A DNA stretch of 64,000 bases, from the NCBI GenBank assembly GCA_965603825.1, contig CBFDEM010000056.1:310001-374000 (forward strand), read 5' to 3'. Position 1 is the stretch's first letter. Every line of letters begins with the position of its first letter. The position numbers were made by a program, and so were the translations under genes. The notes beneath the pieces are model-generated. The model saw only the letters and a list, made by a program, of their open reading frames with translations. It did no database searches and was not told where the DNA came from. Below are positions 59,401 to 64,000 of this stretch, in pieces. This stretch comes from Blepharisma stoltei ATCC 30299. Taxonomy: Eukaryota > Protista > Ciliophora.

Positions 59401-60507
59401 CTAATCTAGCCCATTTATTTGTGCAATATAGTCTAAAGCTCTCATATATTCTTCTTTATCCTTCAAAAATGTGGGAAGGACGGTTTTTTCTTTAGTTATT
59501 TTGTCCCTTATATCGTCCCTAAAATAATCATCAAGGGAAAGCTTTCCCATATAGAAATCATCAAAATTTATTTCTTGGCGTTTTTGTAAAATTTTTATTG
59601 CTCCTGATAAGTAAACTTGGTCTTTATAGCAGCCTCCTATTTGTGAAGTATCTTCAAGGCCTCGTTTTACTCTTAAAACTTCTTTAAACCGTTGTCCAGG
59701 ATCATCAATGTATCTTTCCATGTGCGAGAATAAATCGACAAAGTTCATTTGTGAAGATTGGTAACTTGTGTAATAATGCAAAGCTGATCTTCATAAATAA
59801 GGCTTCTTATTTCTATTCATTGCTAGCCTTATAACTGTATGCAGCGTAGCAAGTCCTTCCTCTGTTTCTAAAAATGGCTTCAAATTAAATTTATCTCTTT
59901 TTTTATACCAAACTTGTTTGGTTTCATTCAAAGTCCTGATTAAATGAGTCCCGATCTCATGGTCCATAGCTCCACCAATTCTATTTTTCCTATAAATAAT
60001 TGGCAAAGATATCGTTACTTGACCTTTTTTTGTTTTTGAGTTATAGGAGCAGGCAGCTGGAGCTATAGCTTGCTCGGAAAAAACAATATCTACAATACCT
60101 GTTAGGCCTAGCTCACTAACATAAGTTTGTATCGCATTAATTGTTTGTCCTTGGTCAAGTAGTTCTCCTCCATCAGATCTAAAATAATTTGATTCACTGC
60201 CAAACTCAGCCAAGCAAGATTCCAATATATGGATTGCTTGTTGCAAATATGTGGATGATGGTTGAAACTTGCTGAGATATTCAGATTTTTGGTTTGGATA
60301 GGAATATGAGAGGATTGGGTTAGTTAAACAGGAATTTTGAAAAAATAATTCTTGCTGTTGTGAAACGTTTAATGGGTTCACTTTGCCAAGACTTGGAAGA
60401 AAGGATTTTCGCTTTGGGCCGATATTGCGAACTGAAGACTGTGAACGACGAGTTGTGGTGGAAGGTTTTGTAGGCTTTTTAGCTGCTCTAGAGTCAAGTC
60501 TGGGCAT
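59401..60507 (-). CDS. MATCAP/KIAA0895-like (DUF1704) zinc tyrosine carboxypeptidase
   Basis: HEIGTH (HExxxH), TEEGLA, PYL-TGA(W)-RSAL.YY, RVKRG..DTS..G...KDQVYL.G. Confidence 0.88.
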
Positions 60508-60640
60508 ATTTAATGTTGACTTAGACTGATAGAAGATACTTATTGATTTTTTATGTGTAATGTAATATGATATTATAAAAATTGAATTTTATATTTTGGA
60601 AAATCGCTGATTTAAGACGAAATATTAAAATCACTTTAAT

Positions 60641-61726
60641 TTAGGCTTGAGGCTTACTTGTGCTTCCCAAATCTACGTCGTCTTTACTTAGAAGCTTTTC
60701 TTTTCTCGCTTTCCATTTCTTTAATACAAAATCTATAAAAACCTGCCCAATTATAATAAATAAAAGCTCTAATGCTGCTTGAGGTAAAAGAACTAAATTA
60801 GCCATGGCAGGGCCTGGACAAAACCCTGTAAGTCCCCAGCCTATTCCAAACAGTGCAGGCCCAATAATAATTCCATAATCTATTTCCCTATTTGTCGTTA
60901 CGTTGAATTTCTCGCTGCATATAGGTTTTTGCTGTTTTAATATCCAATTAAATGCAAATAAATTGACTCCTACAGCGGATGCCATAACAAAGATTAAGCT
61001 TGGGTCCCATCCATCAGCTAGTGTTAAAAACGCTAAGATTTTTGTCCTTCTGCACATTCCAGACAATAATAATCCTAAGCCAAATATAGCCCCTGTAAGG
61101 CATGAAATTCATAAGTCTAATTTCTTTATTTTGGTAGTCGCTGCTGATAAAGCAGTAATAGCAGCAAGCACTAAAAATCCAATAAAAGCTGCTAAATAAA
61201 TCCACCCGCTTACAAGTCTATAAGTATCATAAGTACCAGTACTTACATCGAGTGTATCATTTAAGAATGGCTTATAATGTCTTAAAGTAGCTGTTGCAAG
61301 TCCAAAAGACAAAAATATGCAAGTAGCTATAATAGATCTAGGGGCTAGTCTAGGAACTCCACATACAGCGTGCCCACTCGTGCAGCCGTTTCCCCATTTT
61401 GTTCCAACTCCTATAAATAGTCCACCAAGAATTCATCCAGCTGCGTCTAAATCGTCACCAGCGTCTTCGCCATCGAAAACCTTTTGGCCACTAACTTCTT
61501 TGTCAGTTCCCAGTCTAAACATCATTATAATTCCTATTAACCCTATCATAAAGCTGATTTTTCATATCAAGCCTTCTTTCTTATTCCATGTTGAAATAGT
61601 AAAAAGAATTCCACTAAGGCCGGTGATTCTTCCCATAGCAAATAAGTTGATTATTGTAGAAATCGATATTAGGAAGCCACCTAAAAATGCAAAGCCAACA
61701 GAGGTGCCATCTCAGTAGATACCCAT
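60641..61726 (-). CDS. YeeE/YedE (sulfur/thiosulfate transport) family protein, fused two-domain form
   Basis: GRITGLSG, GTKWGNGCTSGHAVCG..RL..RS, GL.LSGM, WDPSL.FVM, FGIGWGLTGFCPGPA; TGA=W. Confidence 0.88.
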
Positions 61727-62381
61727 AATTGTATATGCTTAATTAAGGCCATGTTTTTAATTTAATAAAATTCAGTGAAATATAATACCGTATACAGAAG
61801 TATTCACTTGTTATTTTAAAGATTTATTGCTATAACTTGTTTTTTCTTATAAATTTTAGTTAATTATAAATAAAATATAATGAGCTTTCAATTATTCTTT
61901 ACTGCTTATTTTTACATTAAACATGAATCATTCGATGAATAATTTATAGCTTTTCGTTTAGAATGACTAATTTTTTACTTATGCTTATTATTTTATTTTG
62001 CAAATGAAATAATTGCAATTTCAAATTTAAAACTTCAGAGAGCCCTTTTATATGCATAAATGCACGAATATTTAAGCATCAATGACTTTGTTTTTTACTC
62101 TTTAGATATACGTAAGTCAATTAAACATTTTTAGTTATTTTTATGGAATAGATGAATTGATTCAATTTCTTAATTTAATTATCTAATTTATAAACTTTTA
62201 ATAATTAGCTTTGTTTGCGAAATATTTCTATTATAGCTTATCTTTAAATATATCAAAATTTAAGTTTAAAGTTCATAATTCTATAACTCTAGCTATAAAA
62301 GTCTCTTAACGCTATTTCCTTTATAATCCAACCATCCGTCCATAATCTTCTCAAGAAACCGCTTCAATTTATATAAAAATT

Positions 62382-64000
62382 ATGGTAGAACCTTATAGTT
62401 ACAAGAAGAAGCGACGAGAATTCGAAAGACCACCCGTATTCGAAGATTCTGAGCTAAAGCCCTTAGGAGGCACCTTAAGTACTCCAGCTCTGCAAAAGCA
62501 ATACGTCGAGAAAAACCCAACTCACATAATCCTCGACAACATTCCTCCTCTTTCCACACATGATGTAAACACTGAAAGGGTGGTCACCGCAACCCGTAAT
62601 ATGAAACACATCGAAGGAGGCTGGCCGCGCGAAATCGACTACTCCGAAGAGCACGACACCACAAAATGGCGCACAAGGCAGCTTAAAGACCCACTTCTGG
62701 CAGCGGCAGTTAAAGAGCTCGCGACTTTAACTGATCGTGCCATCAAGCAAAACAACCAAATTGACATGTTTGAAGAATATTTTTTAGGCGAGCAAGTAGA
62801 CCATTCAACAGAAACTTTGTCAACCAAAACACTTATGCTTTTTAAAGACCCTAATGACACAAAGCGAAGTGTCAGCAAAATTGCTTGGAACCCTGAAGGC
62901 CCTGGCAATAAAATTGCTGTAGCTTACTCTATATTAAGGTTCCAGCAAATGCCAGAAAAATTGTCAACCCAGTCTTACATATGGGATATGGCGGCACCTA
63001 ATACAGCCTTTAAAACAATCCAAGGCTCCACTCCACTTGTAACTATTGCTTTTAACAATAAGTATACAGATTTCTTAGTAGGTGGAGGGTATAACGGGAC
63101 CATCGGGGTTTGGGATGTGAGGGAAAAAACCAATACCCCATCTTGGCAAACAGCTATAGAAAAATCCCATCATGACCCTGTGTATGATATTTATTGGCTG
63201 CATGGGAAATCTGGCAACGAATTTGTCAGTATTTCTACTGATGGCCGCTTAATGTGGTGGGATTTCCGAAAGGACAAAGATCCTACTGACTCTGCATATT
63301 TAACTGATGGAATCCAAAACTCAGAAACTAAGCAAGAAAGCATTCTAGGTGGAACTTGCTTAGAATACAACCCAGAAGCAGGAGCTACCAAGTACCTAGC
63401 AGGCACCGAACAAGGTGTTGTAGTTTTAGCAAACAAAAAACCACAAAAAGCTGTAGAAATCAGCCATAGGTATGGTATTGAAGGAGGAAAACATCATGGA
63501 CCTATTTATTCAATTCAAAGAAATCCAGAAGAAGCCAAATGTTTTTTGACTGTAGGAGACTGGTCAGCTAAAATTTGGAGCGAGGAAATCAATACACCCA
63601 TTATGACAACTAAGTATCATGATACTTATTTAACTGATGGATGCTGGAGCCCTACAAGGCCTGGAGTGTTTTTCTTAACCCAAATGGATGGGTGGCTGCA
63701 AATATGGGATTACCATTACAGGCAGAATGAAATTGCATTTTCCCATAAAGTTGGAGACTCGATGCTGACGGTGGTGACTGTACAAAATCAACCAAATGCA
63801 GGGAAATTTGGGTCACTTGTAGCAGTTGGAGACTCTGAAGGAACAGTCACACTTATAGAGCTTTGCGAAAGCTTATATGAGCCTCAGTCAAACGAAAAAA
63901 TTTCAATAAAACAGACTTTTGAACGTGAGTTTACAAGAGAAAAAAATCTTAAACAAGCCAAAAGGCAGCAAGAAGGCAAAAAGCCTAAAAAAGAAGAGAC
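62382..64000 (+). CDS. DNAI2: Axonemal outer-arm dynein intermediate chain 2 (WD40), 3' end outside the window
   Basis: YKKKRREF, HDVNTER, HIEGGWP, IKQNNQIDMFEEYF, SHHDPVY, FLTVGDWSAKIW, WSPTRPGVFF; absent from the ORF track because no stop is reached. Confidence 0.92.
   Translation, partial: MVEPYSYKKKRREFERPPVFEDSELKPLGGTLSTPALQKQYVEKNPTHIILDNIPPLSTHDVNTERVVTATRNMKHIEGGWPREIDYSEEHDTTKWRTRQLKDPLLAAAVKELATLTDRAIKQNNQIDMFEEYFLGEQVDHSTETLSTKTLMLFKDPNDTKRSVSKIAWNPEGPGNKIAVAYSILRFQQMPEKLSTQSYIWDMAAPNTAFKTIQGSTPLVTIAFNNKYTDFLVGGGYNGTIGVWDVREKTNTPSWQTAIEKSHHDPVYDIYWLHGKSGNEFVSISTDGRLMWWDFRKDKDPTDSAYLTDGIQNSETKQESILGGTCLEYNPEAGATKYLAGTEQGVVVLANKKPQKAVEISHRYGIEGGKHHGPIYSIQRNPEEAKCFLTVGDWSAKIWSEEINTPIMTTKYHDTYLTDGCWSPTRPGVFFLTQMDGWLQIWDYHYRQNEIAFSHKVGDSMLTVVTVQNQPNAGKFGSLVAVGDSEGTVTLIELCESLYEPQSNEKISIKQTFEREFTREKNLKQAKRQQEGKKPKKEE

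Noticed and set aside
62385-62398. GTAGAACCTTATAG as an intron after the DNAI2 ATG
   Set aside because: Only 14 nt, would shift the frame, and the unspliced MVEPYSYKKKR matches the DNAI2 N-terminus
159-63436. Many antisense or alternate-frame track ORFs (e.g. 393-893+, 2838-3224-, 8424-9059-, 42306-42839+, 61317-61718+, 62639-62908-)
   Set aside because: S/F/L-rich shadows of real genes on the opposite strand or frame
1-64000. Mycoplasma or mitochondrial origin (code 4), TAG=Gln (NCBI table 15), or the TAR=Gln ciliate code
   Set aside because: Genes are eukaryotic nuclear with spliceosomal introns; TAG and TAA end conserved proteins at the expected C-termini (ATG12 AWG-TAG, TrpRS, CDPK)
1-64000. 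Internal TGA as selenocysteine or as pseudogene nonsense mutations
   Set aside because: TGAs align with Trp, not Cys, in conserved motifs and occur in many otherwise intact genes

Overview
AT-rich, very gene-dense eukaryotic nuclear DNA, almost certainly the macronuclear genome of a heterotrich ciliate of the genus Blepharisma. Two features seen in the sequence support this. (1) In-frame TGA codons fall on conserved Trp positions and genes end only in TAA/TAG, so UGA=Trp. (2) Reading frames are interrupted by 15-16 nt GT..AG introns with an invariant A six bases from the 3' end. The supplied ORF track uses the wrong code and fragments many genes. Re-reading it gives about 43 protein-coding genes, including kinesin-1, two CDPKs, a DYRK kinase, TrpRS, PTEN, PME-1, FAM135, DnaJ, a TOM1-like protein, cohesin SA/Scc3, Alba, ATG12, ceramide synthase, Polo kinase, a TBC Rab-GAP, OSBP, a CNBD K+ channel, a MATCAP-like peptidase, a YeeE/YedE transporter and axonemal dynein IC2. 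Most notable: a stand-alone TEBP-beta/TPP1-like OB-fold gene; an augmin subunit 7 (HAUS7/AUG7) candidate; a decayed Tc1-type D34E transposase relic in an intergenic gap; a hidden intron-containing NDUFC2-like microgene; strong gene-to-gene bias in TGA versus TGG use; and divergent start codons only 13 and 28 bp apart. No rRNA, tRNA, CRISPR or telomeric arrays were recognised. All homology calls are by eye from remembered motifs, not database searches.
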